From positions 160,001 to 224,000 of the forward strand of contig CAWDML010000009.1 in assembly GCA_963803435.1 (NCBI GenBank): a stretch of 64,000 nt of DNA, given 5' to 3'. The notes under the pieces are model-generated. The model was not told the origin of the DNA. It searched no databases and saw only the letters and a program-made list of their open reading frames with translations. The DNA is from an uncultured delta proteobacterium. Its GTDB lineage: Bacteria > Myxococcota > Kuafuiibacteriia > Kuafuiibacteriales > Kuafuiibacteriaceae. Both the position numbers and the translations under genes were made by a program. This document shows positions 42,235 to 51,821 of this stretch, in pieces. How positions within the stretch are numbered: the first letter of the stretch is position 1; each line of letters opens with the position of its first letter.

Positions 42235-43404
42235 TCACTCGCAGCTGTCCGGCGGGAGCCCGGCGATCCAGCCGTAGAGGAGACCCGCGCCCAGATCGTC
42301 CTCGAGGCTCCGGCCGATCAGCGGCATCAGCTCGCCGACGACCTCGGTCTGGACGCGATACCAGAGGATGGAGGCGCGCGGATCGCCGGGGACGATGTCG
42401 AAGCGCCGGCCGCCGCTGCCCGAGCCGGCCGAGCCCGGCTCCTTGCAGACGCCGAGGCGGAAGAGATCCGTGTTGTCGAAGTCGAGGAAGAGCTGCGAGG
42501 TCACACCCTGCGTCGCCCGCGGGTTGTGGCAGTGCGCGCAGTTGACGTCGAGATAGTCCCGGGCCGCCTTCGAGAGGGTGGCGGCGTCGAGGGTGGAGGT
42601 CCCGGTGACGGCGAGCGTGGAAAAGTCGAAGTCGCGGCCGATCGTCGAGGTGTCGGTGGGGAGGCCGTCGAGCATGCCGAGCTCGGCCAGGTGCTCGAGC
42701 TGGCCGTCGCGGTTCAGGTGGCGCGCCTTGGGCCCGATGATGACCGTGACCTTCTCCCCACCGGCGTCGCTGATCTCGTGGCATGCGAAGCACTGATTGC
42801 GTTGCGGGACCAAATACTGCGCCGTGCGGGGGCGGCCGAGCGCGTCGGAGACCTCGATCATGATCGTGCGCCCGCGGACGAAGTAGTCGGCGTCGGACTG
42901 ATCGTCGCGCCAGAGATACGGATAGGGCCGCCAGCCGTCGGCGTGACGGATGAGGACGCGGGTCTCGATCAGCCGATCGAAGCGGAAGGTCTTGATGATC
43001 GCGCTACCCACCGGGAACTCGAAGGCGTCCCGCGCGCGATACTGGATGCGCGCGCCCGGCGGGACGTAGATCGCCCGGTCCTTCCCCGCGAAGTCGGAGA
43101 ACAGCGGCGTGTTGAGCTGGTAGGGGACGACGCGGTCGTTGTACTCGAGCTCGCCGTCCCGAAGGCGGAAGAAGTTGAACTCTGAGAGGCGCGCGGGCGC
43201 TCGGGTGGCGGTGACGTCGACGTGGACCGGCTCGAGCGGCGGCTGGGAGGCGTCCGGCGCGGCGGCGTCCACCTCACCGGCATCGGCCGATACGGCCGCG
43301 TCCTCGGCCTGGGCGGCGTCGAGGCCGGCGCCGGCGTCGGGAGGCGCGAGCTCGGGCCCGGCGCAGCCCGCGAGCAAGAGCAGGATGGCGCCGAGGCTCC
43401 GCAT
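42235..43404 (-). CDS. SO2930-family diheme cytochrome c lipoprotein
   Basis: LLAGC lipobox, YQLNTPLFSD, FPVGSAIIKTF, CFACH, CAHCH, MPLIGR. Confidence 0.88.
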   Translation of the reverse strand: MRSLGAILLLLAGCAGPELAPPDAGAGLDAAQAEDAAVSADAGEVDAAAPDASQPPLEPVHVDVTATRAPARLSEFNFFRLRDGELEYNDRVVPYQLNTPLFSDFAGKDRAIYVPPGARIQYRARDAFEFPVGSAIIKTFRFDRLIETRVLIRHADGWRPYPYLWRDDQSDADYFVRGRTIMIEVSDALGRPRTAQYLVPQRNQCFACHEISDAGGEKVTVIIGPKARHLNRDGQLEHLAELGMLDGLPTDTSTIGRDFDFSTLAVTGTSTLDAATLSKAARDYLDVNCAHCHNPRATQGVTSQLFLDFDNTDLFRLGVCKEPGSAGSGSGGRRFDIVPGDPRASILWYRVQTEVVGELMPLIGRSLEDDLGAGLLYGWIAGLPPDSCE

Positions 43405-44951
43405 CAGAACGGCAGCATGACCTCCGGCAGCGGGCCCGCGGTGAAGCTGGTGCAGTCGAACGGCGCGAAAGGCGGCTCGGGGCGGTAGAGGTCGGCGGTC
43501 GACGGGATCACCATCATCGCGATCAGCTCCGCCAGATGCGGGAGGCCGAGCACCGCCAGGGTGCCGCCCGTCTCGCTCGTGACGCACATGTGGTTGACGT
43601 TCGTGTTGTTCCCGGGGACCGCCGGATCGACGACCTCGCCGATGCCGTCGTAGAGGACGCTGTCGACCGGCCCCGAGCCGGCGAAGAAGTACACCAGGCT
43701 GAGCAGCACCCCGAGGGGTCGCGCCGCCTGATCGGCGCCGTCCGGCGCGGTCCCGCCGCCCGTGTGCGTGTTCTCGTGGACCCAGATCTCGGTGGTGATG
43801 AAGTTGTAGATCGAGGTGCCGTCGTTCACCAGCACCACGCCGACCGTGGAGCCGCGCACTTGGTCGAGGCGCAGCGCCCAGGCGGCCGTCGAGCTCTCGA
43901 TCGCCAGCCCGGAGAGCAGCGCGACGTCGGTGGTGTTGTTGTCGGTGTACGTGTTGTGGTCGATCTCCACACGGCGGGAGGCGAGCGCGAAGGTCCCGGT
44001 GCCGGCGGGGATGTTGCTGACGGTGGTGCCGCTGGGCGCGAAGTTCGCCCGGTTGTTGGCCCGCACCATGTTGTCGTGGATGTGGATGTCGCGCCCGACG
44101 ATCGGGTTGCCCGGGAGGTCGAACACCAGGAGGCCGCCGGCGTTGTCCTCGACCAGGTTCTGATACACGTCTGCATACTGGGTGTTCTCGATCTCCAGCC
44201 CCGCGACGTTCCGGTGCGCCATGCTTCGACGGACGATCACGTTGATGCTCTGGCCCACGTAGAGACCCGCGTCGGAGGCGTTCTCGGCCACCGAGTCCTC
44301 GAGCAGCACGTTCGTGCAGCGCACGGGATAGATGCCGTACGAACCATTGGTCGAGAGCGGTCCGCCCGACCACGTCGTCTTCACGAACTGGATGCGGACG
44401 TTGGTGCTGTCCTCGATCCGGAGCGCGTCCTTCTTCGAGTCCGTGATCGTGAGCTGGGAGATCGAGAAATCGTCGCCGACGACGTCGACGCCGTTGCTCT
44501 GCGTGGTCTGTGAAGAGAAATCGAGCGTGGTGACGTCGATGCCCTGGCCGGTCAGCGTGATCCCGTTCGCCTGGCGGATGGTGAGCGCGTTGTCGAGCAT
44601 GAAGCTCCCGGCGCCCAGGACCACCGTGGTGCCGGCGGCCAGCGTGTTGATCGCGTCGATCAGCTCGCCGGTCTGATCAGCGGTGAAGCTGAGACAGGCG
44701 CCGGTGACGTCGGCGCAGGAGAAGCGGGGGAACGGATCGGTGCCGCTGTCCGCGACCTCCGCGTCCATGCCGGCGCCGCTGTCGCCGACGCCGGTGTCGG
44801 TGACGCCCGTGTCGGTGACGCCGGTGTCGACCCCGGAGTCCTTGGTGCCGGTGTCTTGTTTGTCGCCGTCGCCGTCGCCGTTGCAGGCGAAGAGGAAGAG
44901 CGACGCGAGCAGTCCGAGCGCGAGCGTGCAGGGCTTCACGCGCGGGAGCAT
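43404..44951 (-). CDS. parallel beta-helix lipoprotein (usual partner of the SO2930 family)
   Basis: LFAC lipobox, NGSYGIYPV, ASDAGLYVGQS, NVAGLEIEN, LVFDLPG. Confidence 0.88.
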   Translation of the reverse strand: MLPRVKPCTLALGLLASLFLFACNGDGDGDKQDTGTKDSGVDTGVTDTGVTDTGVGDSGAGMDAEVADSGTDPFPRFSCADVTGACLSFTADQTGELIDAINTLAAGTTVVLGAGSFMLDNALTIRQANGITLTGQGIDVTTLDFSSQTTQSNGVDVVGDDFSISQLTITDSKKDALRIEDSTNVRIQFVKTTWSGGPLSTNGSYGIYPVRCTNVLLEDSVAENASDAGLYVGQSINVIVRRSMAHRNVAGLEIENTQYADVYQNLVEDNAGGLLVFDLPGNPIVGRDIHIHDNMVRANNRANFAPSGTTVSNIPAGTGTFALASRRVEIDHNTYTDNNTTDVALLSGLAIESSTAAWALRLDQVRGSTVGVVLVNDGTSIYNFITTEIWVHENTHTGGGTAPDGADQAARPLGVLLSLVYFFAGSGPVDSVLYDGIGEVVDPAVPGNNTNVNHMCVTSETGGTLAVLGLPHLAELIAMMVIPSTADLYRPEPPFAPFDCTSFTAGPLPEVMLPF

Positions 44952-44972
44952 ACCCACTCCGATCGGGAGAGA

Positions 44973-45848
44973 CTACCGGTGCGGGGCCTGCTCGGGGCGG
45001 GGGAGCACGTCGTCGAGGTACGTGGGCAGGAAGCGGCGCCGGAGCTGGTCCACGCCGTGCGAGAGGCGTCCCGGCGTGCGCGCGCTCGCACTGCGGAGCG
45101 TCTGGTTGGCCGCCGCGCGGATCGTCCGCCCCAGACGGTTGGCCGACAGCGGCTGTCGCCATCGGACCACCTCGCGCTGCGCGCCCGCCCAGAAACGCTC
45201 GCGCGCGGCCAGCGAGAGGAGCGCGCCTTCGCGGATCTGGGCACGAGCCTCGTCGCTCAGGGCGAACATCACCAGCGCCTCCTCGAGCCAGGACCCGTGA
45301 TCCTGGTCCTGATCCATGTGGAGCCAGAAGTATCGGATCTCCCGCTCACCGAAACCGGCGCGCCGGAGGCCCGGGACGATCGCGGAGAACATCGTCGGGA
45401 TCGCCCACTCGTGCCCCGGGCCGATCGCGCCCAGCCCGACCAGGAACGGCCGCCGGGTGGTGAGCTCGAGGTGCGTGCGGATGAAACCGATCGTGTGCGC
45501 GTTGAGCACGGTGCGATCCATCGCCTCGTCGGTCGCGCCCGCGGCCCGCAGGAACGCCAGATAGAGCGTCGAGTGATCGTCGCCCTCGCTGCCCTCGCCG
45601 TACTCGTCGATCAACACCTTGGCGAGCCACCGCTTGGCCTCACTGCTGGGCGCACGCACGAGCAGGTTCTCGAGGTAGTGCGTGAAACAGTTGATCAGCG
45701 GGTAGTGCTGCAGCGCGAACGTCCGGTAGTCCTCGCGCGTGAACGGCATCGTCGCCAGGCGGTTGAGGAACATGTGATTGACGCCGGGGTGCATCCGGAT
45801 CTCCTCGCGGAGATCGTGGAGGAAACGGCGTGCGCCGAGCTCGCTCAT
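44973..45848 (-). CDS. heme-oxygenase-like diiron (CADD/PqqC/UndA-fold) redox enzyme
   Basis: LIDEYG...DDHSTLY, GHEWAIP, YFWLHMDQDQDH. ATG overlaps the radical SAM stop. Confidence 0.8.
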   Translation of the reverse strand: MSELGARRFLHDLREEIRMHPGVNHMFLNRLATMPFTREDYRTFALQHYPLINCFTHYLENLLVRAPSSEAKRWLAKVLIDEYGEGSEGDDHSTLYLAFLRAAGATDEAMDRTVLNAHTIGFIRTHLELTTRRPFLVGLGAIGPGHEWAIPTMFSAIVPGLRRAGFGEREIRYFWLHMDQDQDHGSWLEEALVMFALSDEARAQIREGALLSLAARERFWAGAQREVVRWRQPLSANRLGRTIRAAANQTLRSASARTPGRLSHGVDQLRRRFLPTYLDDVLPRPEQAPHR

Positions 45849-47344
45849 ATCGCCACGACCGGCAGCCGGTCGGCCGGCCGTGCCTCTTCGGGGGCTTCCC
45901 AGCGCGTGGTGGCGCGGCCGTCGAGCACGCCCACCTCGTCCGCGAGGTAGGACCGCGGATCGCTGTGCACCACCCGGTTCCGGCGCGCGTTCCAGAGGAA
46001 CCGAGGGACGTTGGGGAGCACCGACCACCAGAAGTCGGCGCGCCGGGCCACGGTCCTCGGCGCCAGCGCCTTGAGCGTGCTCGGCATCGTAGCCCACAGC
46101 TGCTTCGAGAAGTGCCGGTAGAACTCCTCGCGCGGCAGGCGCGTGGGCGTGACCGCGTGCAGGAGATCGTAGAAGCGACGGTCGCGGGTGAGGAGGCGGT
46201 CCGCCAGCTGCTTCTCCAGCTGCGTCCCCGGCAGTGGCGTGTGGATGGTGACGATCGGCGCCACGATCCCGAGCGCGTTGATGTAGTCGTACAGGTCCGA
46301 GAAGTCCTTCGCCTCGAAGTCGGTGCGCGCCATGAAGATCCCGGTGGACTGGATCCCGTTCTCGCGGAGGACCCCCATCGCGCGGGTGTTGTTGGCCGCG
46401 ACGTTGGTCTTCCTGAGCGCCGCCAGCGCGTCGTCGTCGTTCGACTCGAAGCCGGAGAGCACGCACATCAGCCCCACGCTCGCGAGGTCGCGCATCAGCT
46501 CGGGGTGCTCGGCGATGAAGTCGGTGCGGCCCTGGGTCATCCAGAACTTGTCGATCTTCCGCTCCCGGAGGACCTCGACCAGCCGGCGGAGGCGCTTCTG
46601 GTCGGTGAGAAAGTTGTCGTCGAGCAGGAAGACGTAGGGCTCGTCGCACGCGGCCATCTGATCCGCGATCCGCTCCGCCGACAGGTAGCGCGTCCGGCGC
46701 TCGTAGAACTCCCAGATCGCGCAGAAGTTACAGTCGAAGCTGCAGCCTCGGCTGGTGAAGATCGAGGCCATCGGCTGCGCGACCGTGAAGAAGTATCGGC
46801 CCCGATACCGCTTCACCAGCTCGCGGCGCGGCGGCGGCAGGAGGTCGAGCGAGCGCTGCTGATCCCGCTTCCGCGTCGCGATCCAGGCGCCGCTCTCGGT
46901 GCGGAGCTCCAGACCGTCGATCCGGGCCAGCGGGCCGCCGGCCTTCACCGCCGCGATCAGCTCGCTGAAGGTGATCTCGCCTTCGCCCTTCACGATCACG
47001 TCGATGAACGGCTCCCGGAACTCCTGGGGCGAGAGGGTGGGGTGATGGCCGCCGACCACGGTGAGGCAGGCCGGCAGCATCGTCTTCGCCGTCCGCAGCA
47101 CCGCCTTGGCCTGATAGGCGTCGGTGGTCATCGAGGTGGTGCCGACGACGTCGGGGCGAAACCGCGCGATCACGCGGGCGAGGGTGTTCTCAGGCTCGAG
47201 GCGAAGGTCCACGATCTGGACCTCGTGATCCGCCACGCCCGCGGCGACCGCGGTGAGCGCGACCGGCTCCGAGAGCCACATGAGATTCTCCAGGCCGAGC
47301 CGGCCTTCCTCGAACGGGGCCGGTTGAACCAACAGGATCCGCAT
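45845..47344 (-). CDS. B12-binding radical SAM enzyme (class B, HpnR-like)
   Basis: MRILLVQP, VVGGHHPT, KGEGE, TSRGCSFDCNFC, LDDNF, SGFES, TPLPGT. Confidence 0.88.
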   Translation of the reverse strand: MRILLVQPAPFEEGRLGLENLMWLSEPVALTAVAAGVADHEVQIVDLRLEPENTLARVIARFRPDVVGTTSMTTDAYQAKAVLRTAKTMLPACLTVVGGHHPTLSPQEFREPFIDVIVKGEGEITFSELIAAVKAGGPLARIDGLELRTESGAWIATRKRDQQRSLDLLPPPRRELVKRYRGRYFFTVAQPMASIFTSRGCSFDCNFCAIWEFYERRTRYLSAERIADQMAACDEPYVFLLDDNFLTDQKRLRRLVEVLRERKIDKFWMTQGRTDFIAEHPELMRDLASVGLMCVLSGFESNDDDALAALRKTNVAANNTRAMGVLRENGIQSTGIFMARTDFEAKDFSDLYDYINALGIVAPIVTIHTPLPGTQLEKQLADRLLTRDRRFYDLLHAVTPTRLPREEFYRHFSKQLWATMPSTLKALAPRTVARRADFWWSVLPNVPRFLWNARRNRVVHSDPRSYLADEVGVLDGRATTRWEAPEEARPADRLPVVAI

Positions 47345-47354
47345 GGGCCGCTGC

Positions 47355-48851
47355 TCAGGAGCGCGTCGGAACATACACCGACTTGGTGTGGCTGTATTGG
47401 GCCAGCGCCTCGGCGCCCAGGTCGCGGCCGCGCCCCGCGAGCCCCAAGCCGCCGATCGGGAGCGCGGGCTCCCGCTCATCATAGTGGTTAACCCAGACCA
47501 TGCCGGCGTGGAGCTGCGCGGCCACGCGGTGCGCGCGGGCCAGGTCCGACGTCCAGACGGACGCCGCCAGCCCGTACTCGTTGTCGTTCGCGATCAGCAC
47601 CGCCTCCTCCTCGTGCTGGAACGGCGTCATCACCAGTATGGGACCGCCGACGTCCTCGCGGGCGATCCGCATGGCCGGCTTGGCGTCGACGAACAGCGTG
47701 GGCTGGACGAACCAGCCGCGGGCCTTCTCGCCGTCGACGTCGCGCGAGCCACCGGCCACCAGCTTGGCGCCCTCGCGCCGGCCCAGCTCGGCGTAGGCGA
47801 GCACCCGCTTCATCTGCTCCTCGTCGATCATCGGGCCCAGCTCGGTGTGCTCGTCGAGCTGATCGCCGACCACGATCTCCTTGGCGCGCGACGCCAGCAT
47901 CTCGGCGGCCTCCTCGTAGAGGGACTCGTGCACCAGCAAGCGCTCGCCCGCGAAGGCGCGGACCGAGCGCGAGGTGAAGATCGAGACCCACGCGGCGCGC
48001 ACCACCGCCCGCAGGTCGGCGTCTTCGAACACGATCTGCGCGCTCTTGCCGCCGAGGTCGAGGTGGACCGGCTTGAGGTTGCTCTTGGCCGAGCCGAGCA
48101 CCATCCGGCGCGCCTGCTCAATCAATCCCGAGAAGAAGAGCGCGTCCACGCTCGAGGCGGCCAGCGCCTCCCCGGCCTGCGCCGAGAACCCGGGGACCAC
48201 GTTGTAGACGCCGGCCGGATAGCCCGACTCGCGCACCAGCTCGCCGAGCCGCAGCACCGTCAGCGGCGCGCGCTCGGGTGGCTTGACCACCACGGTGCAC
48301 CCGACCGCCAGCGCCGGCGCAATCTTTCGCAGCGTGGCGCCAATCGGCTCCGAAGGCGGCACGACGATCCCGACCACCGCGTGCGGCTCGCGGTGGATCA
48401 TCCCGATGGCGCCCTCGCCGAGGTCGACGGCGTCGCCGGAGAGCTTGTCGGCCCAGCCCGCGAAGTACCGCAGCGCTCGCACGCCCGATCGCAGGTCCGA
48501 GTGCATCACCTCGCGGAACGTCTTGCCGGTCTGGAGCGCCTCGAGGATCGCGAGGTCCTCAATCTCGGCTTCGATCTGATCGGCGAGCGTCCACAGGAGC
48601 TGCGCCCGGACCTCGGGGCGCGCGCGCCGCCACTCGTCGTGGAACGCGCGCTGCGCCGTGGCGACCGCCTTCTCCACGTCGCGCACGTTGCCCGCGGGAC
48701 AGCGGCCGATCGGCTCCTGCGTCGCCGGGTTCACCACCGGGATGGTGGCGCTGCCCTCCGACTCGATCTCGAGACCGCCGACGAAGAGGTGCGGCATCCG
48801 ATCCTGGTGGATCCGGATCAGCGTCTGGGCGCGCAGTCGACGCTCGCGCAT
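47355..48851 (-). CDS. aldehyde-dehydrogenase-fold protein lacking the catalytic residues
   Basis: Full ALDH architecture (VVKPPE, LGGKS, ANDNEYGLAASVW), but PWN->PPS, ELGGK->DLGGK and GQxC->SVRA. Confidence 0.85.
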   Translation of the reverse strand: MRERRLRAQTLIRIHQDRMPHLFVGGLEIESEGSATIPVVNPATQEPIGRCPAGNVRDVEKAVATAQRAFHDEWRRARPEVRAQLLWTLADQIEAEIEDLAILEALQTGKTFREVMHSDLRSGVRALRYFAGWADKLSGDAVDLGEGAIGMIHREPHAVVGIVVPPSEPIGATLRKIAPALAVGCTVVVKPPERAPLTVLRLGELVRESGYPAGVYNVVPGFSAQAGEALAASSVDALFFSGLIEQARRMVLGSAKSNLKPVHLDLGGKSAQIVFEDADLRAVVRAAWVSIFTSRSVRAFAGERLLVHESLYEEAAEMLASRAKEIVVGDQLDEHTELGPMIDEEQMKRVLAYAELGRREGAKLVAGGSRDVDGEKARGWFVQPTLFVDAKPAMRIAREDVGGPILVMTPFQHEEEAVLIANDNEYGLAASVWTSDLARAHRVAAQLHAGMVWVNHYDEREPALPIGGLGLAGRGRDLGAEALAQYSHTKSVYVPTRS

Positions 48852-48863
48852 CTGAGGTGGAAG

Positions 48864-50078
48864 CTACACGGACTCGACGAGCGTCGCCACGCCCTGGCCG
48901 ACGCCGACGCACAGGGTGGCGACGCCGTGTCGCGCCCCCCGCCGCCACATCTCGTGGAGCAGCGTGGTCAGGATCCGGGCGCCGCTGCAGCCGAGCGGGT
49001 GTCCCAGGGCGATCGCGCCGCCGTTCACGTTGATCCGGTCGGTCAGGTCCTCGGCGTCCAGCCGCCGGATCACCGCCAGGGACTGGGCGGCGAAGGCCTC
49101 GTTGAGCTCGATGAGGTCGATGTCCTCCAGCGTGAGCTTGTGCCGGGTCAGGAGGCGCTCCACCGCCGGCACCGGCCCGATCCCCATGATCCGGGGGTTC
49201 ACGCCGACCGCCTGAGAGCCGACCCAGCGCGCCATGGCGGTCTTCCCGAAGTTGCTCATGGCCTCCTTGGAGGCCAGCACCAGCGCCGCCGCGCCGTCGT
49301 TGAGCGGGCTCGAGTTGCCGGCGGTGACCGTGCCGTTCTTCCGGAACGCCGGCGCCAGCTTGGCCAGCTTCTCCATCGACGCGTCCGGGCGCGGGGCCTC
49401 GTCCTTCTCCGCGATGAGGGCGTCGCCCTTCTTCTGCGGGATCGTGATGGGGATGCGCTCGTCGTCGAACTTGCCGTCGGCCTCGGCCTTGAGCGCCCGC
49501 TGGTGACTCTCGAGCGCGAAGCGGTCCTGGTCCTCGCGGCTGATCGACATCTGCTCGGCGAGATTCTCGGCGGTCTCGCCCATGCTCTCCAGCGGGAAGA
49601 GGTCGCCCATCCGCTTGTTGGGGAAGCGCCACCCGAGGGCCGTGTCGTAGACGGTCTGGTTGCCGCGGGAGAAGGCTTCGTCGGGCTTGGCCATCACCAG
49701 CGGCGCGCGGCTCATGCTCTCCACGCCGCCGGCCACGACGATGTTGGCCTCCCCGCACGCGATCTCGCGGGCCGCGTAGTTCACCGCCGAGAGGCCGGAG
49801 GCGCACAGGCGATTGATGGTGACGCCCGGGACGCTGTTCGGGATCCCGGCGAGCAGCGCGCTCATCCGAGCCACATTGCGGTTGTCCTCGCCGGCCTGGT
49901 TCGCGCAGCCGATCACGACCTCGTCCACCGCCGCGCCGGCGATCCCCGTCCGATCGAGCGCGGCCTTCAGCGCGTAGGCGAGGAGGTCGTCGGGCCGGAC
50001 CGACGCAAGCATTCCGCCGTAGCGCCCGACCGGGGTGCGAACGGCGTCGAGGATGTAGACCTCACGGAGCTCCGTCAA
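48864..50078 (-). CDS. 3-oxoacyl-CoA thiolase (PcaF/PaaJ type)
   Basis: [43 protein letters not shown]. Confidence 0.92.
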   Translation of the reverse strand: MTELREVYILDAVRTPVGRYGGMLASVRPDDLLAYALKAALDRTGIAGAAVDEVVIGCANQAGEDNRNVARMSALLAGIPNSVPGVTINRLCASGLSAVNYAAREIACGEANIVVAGGVESMSRAPLVMAKPDEAFSRGNQTVYDTALGWRFPNKRMGDLFPLESMGETAENLAEQMSISREDQDRFALESHQRALKAEADGKFDDERIPITIPQKKGDALIAEKDEAPRPDASMEKLAKLAPAFRKNGTVTAGNSSPLNDGAAALVLASKEAMSNFGKTAMARWVGSQAVGVNPRIMGIGPVPAVERLLTRHKLTLEDIDLIELNEAFAAQSLAVIRRLDAEDLTDRINVNGGAIALGHPLGCSGARILTTLLHEMWRRGARHGVATLCVGVGQGVATLVESV

Positions 50079-50130
50079 AACGAGGCCAGGCTATCACGTC
50101 GGGGCGCGATTCGGTGATAGACGATGACGA

Positions 50131-50995
50131 GTGTGGTCCATCATCGTGCACGGCGGGGCGGGCGTCATCGATCCGGCGCGAGAGCCGATCCACCGGGCGG
50201 GATGCCTGCGCGCGATCGACGCCGCGCGGCCGCTCCTCTCGGCGGGCGGCGACGCGCTGGACGCGTGCTGTGCCGCCGTCCGCGTCCTCGAGGATGATCC
50301 TGCGTTCAACGCCGGCATCGGCGCGGTCCTCGACGAGGCGGGTCTCCCCGCGCTCGACGCGGCCGTCATGCGTGGGTCGGATCTCGGCTACGGGGCGATC
50401 GCCAGCGTCGTCGGCGTTCGGCACCCGATCGATCTGGCGCGCGCCGTCCTGGAGGACGGACGCCACTGCCTGATCGTCGGCGCAGGCGCGATCGCGCTGG
50501 CGCGGGAGAAGGGGATCGCGCTCGTCGATCCGGGGACGATGATCACCGAGCAGTCCCGAACGGCGTGGGAGAAGGCGCGCGAGGGCGACACCGTCGGCGC
50601 CGCGGCCCGGGACGCGTCCGGCGCGGTGGCGGTGGCGACCTCGACCGGCGGAACCTATCTGCGGCGGGTCGGTCGCGTCGGGGATTCGCCGATCGCCGGG
50701 GCGGGGACCTATGCGCGTCGCGATCTGGGCGCGCTCTCGGCGACGGGTCACGGCGAGACGATGATGCGGACCGTGTTCGCCTACTCCGCGCTCCTCTCGC
50801 TCTCGGAGGCCGGGTCGGACGCAAGATCTCACCGCGGTCCTCACGCGGGAGCTCGAGGCCGCCACCGAGGCCGCCGGCGGGCGCGGAGGGGCAATCGCGG
50901 TGCTTCCGGACGGCCGCCTGGTCTGGGCCCGCAACACGCCCCACATGGGCGTGGCCTGGCAGCGGGCCGGTGAGCCGCCCAGCACGGCATTTTAG
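50131..50995 (+). CDS. iaaA: isoaspartyl peptidase / L-asparaginase (Ntn), frameshift near 50825
   Basis: IVHGGAG, FNAG, DTVGA, ATSTGG, GRVGDSP, TGHGE. The C-terminal GGAIAV...NTPHM segment is in another frame. Confidence 0.85.
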
Positions 50996-51069
50996 CTTGC
51001 GGATTCCCAAAGGCCTTGATAGGTCGCCGAGTCTCGTCCGGGCCAACCCCGGGCGTTCAGGAGGAAGTC

Positions 51070-51282
51070 GTGGCGAAGTGCCAGCTCACGGGGAAGGCGC
51101 GGATGACCGGCAACTTGGTCTCGCACTCCAACCGCAAGTCCAGGACGGTTCGTAAGTGCAACATCCGCAGCAAGCGCATCTTCAATCCCGAGACCGGTCA
51201 GCTGGTCCGCATGACCGTGTCGGCCCGCGCCCTGCGCACCCTCTCGCGCAAGGGCTGGGACGCGTTCAAGAAGAAGGTCTGA
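51070..51282 (+). CDS. rpmB: 50S ribosomal protein L28
   Basis: [20 protein letters not shown]...NI...VSARALRT; AGGAGG RBS. Confidence 0.92.
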   Translation: MAKCQLTGKARMTGNLVSHSNRKSRTVRKCNIRSKRIFNPETGQLVRMTVSARALRTLSRKGWDAFKKKV

Positions 51283-51289
51283 GAAGAAC

Positions 51290-51685
51290 ATGAGCGAAGC
51301 AGGCAGACGAGATGGCGGCGGAATGCGCCGCGGTAGCGGCGGCGGCGGCGGCGGTGGTCGTGGCCGCGATCGAGATCGAGACGACCGAGGGGATCGCGAT
51401 CGAGGCGACGATCGGGCGTCCGAGGGTCGCGCCGGCGAAGGCCGGACGCGCCGCGGCAAGCGCAAGGTCGATCCCTTCCTCGTCGACAAGACGCTCAAGA
51501 TCGATTGGCGTGATGGCCAGCTCCTCTCCCGGTTCATCACCGAACGAGGAAAGATCGTGCCCCGGCGCGTCTCCGGGCTGACCGCGAAGAATCAGCGGAA
51601 GCTCAAGGTCGCGATCAAGCGGGCCCGACACATGTCGATCATTCCCTACGGCGGCCATCGCACGGCGCTCCGCAACCTGAGCTAA
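51290..51685 (+). CDS. rpsR: 30S ribosomal protein S18 with a long Gly/Arg/Asp N-terminal extension
   Basis: [37 protein letters not shown]. Confidence 0.93.
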   Translation: MSEAGRRDGGGMRRGSGGGGGGGRGRDRDRDDRGDRDRGDDRASEGRAGEGRTRRGKRKVDPFLVDKTLKIDWRDGQLLSRFITERGKIVPRRVSGLTAKNQRKLKVAIKRARHMSIIPYGGHRTALRNLS

Positions 51686-51727
51686 TAAAATGGCCGACTT
51701 TTGAGGCTTCGGGCGACCCGGGGGGCC

Positions 51728-51760
51728 GCGAGATCAGATCCGAAACTGACGACCGCGAGC
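51728..51760. repeat. dispersed 33-bp intergenic motif, copy A
   Basis: GCGAGATCAGATCCGAAACTGACGACCGCGAGC; 30/33 identical to 61247-61278. Confidence 0.7.
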
Positions 51761-51821
51761 CGGTCGCTCCATATGGTCTAACGGAATAGGCTCCCACCCT
51801 GGGAGATTCAAGAGCTGTATC

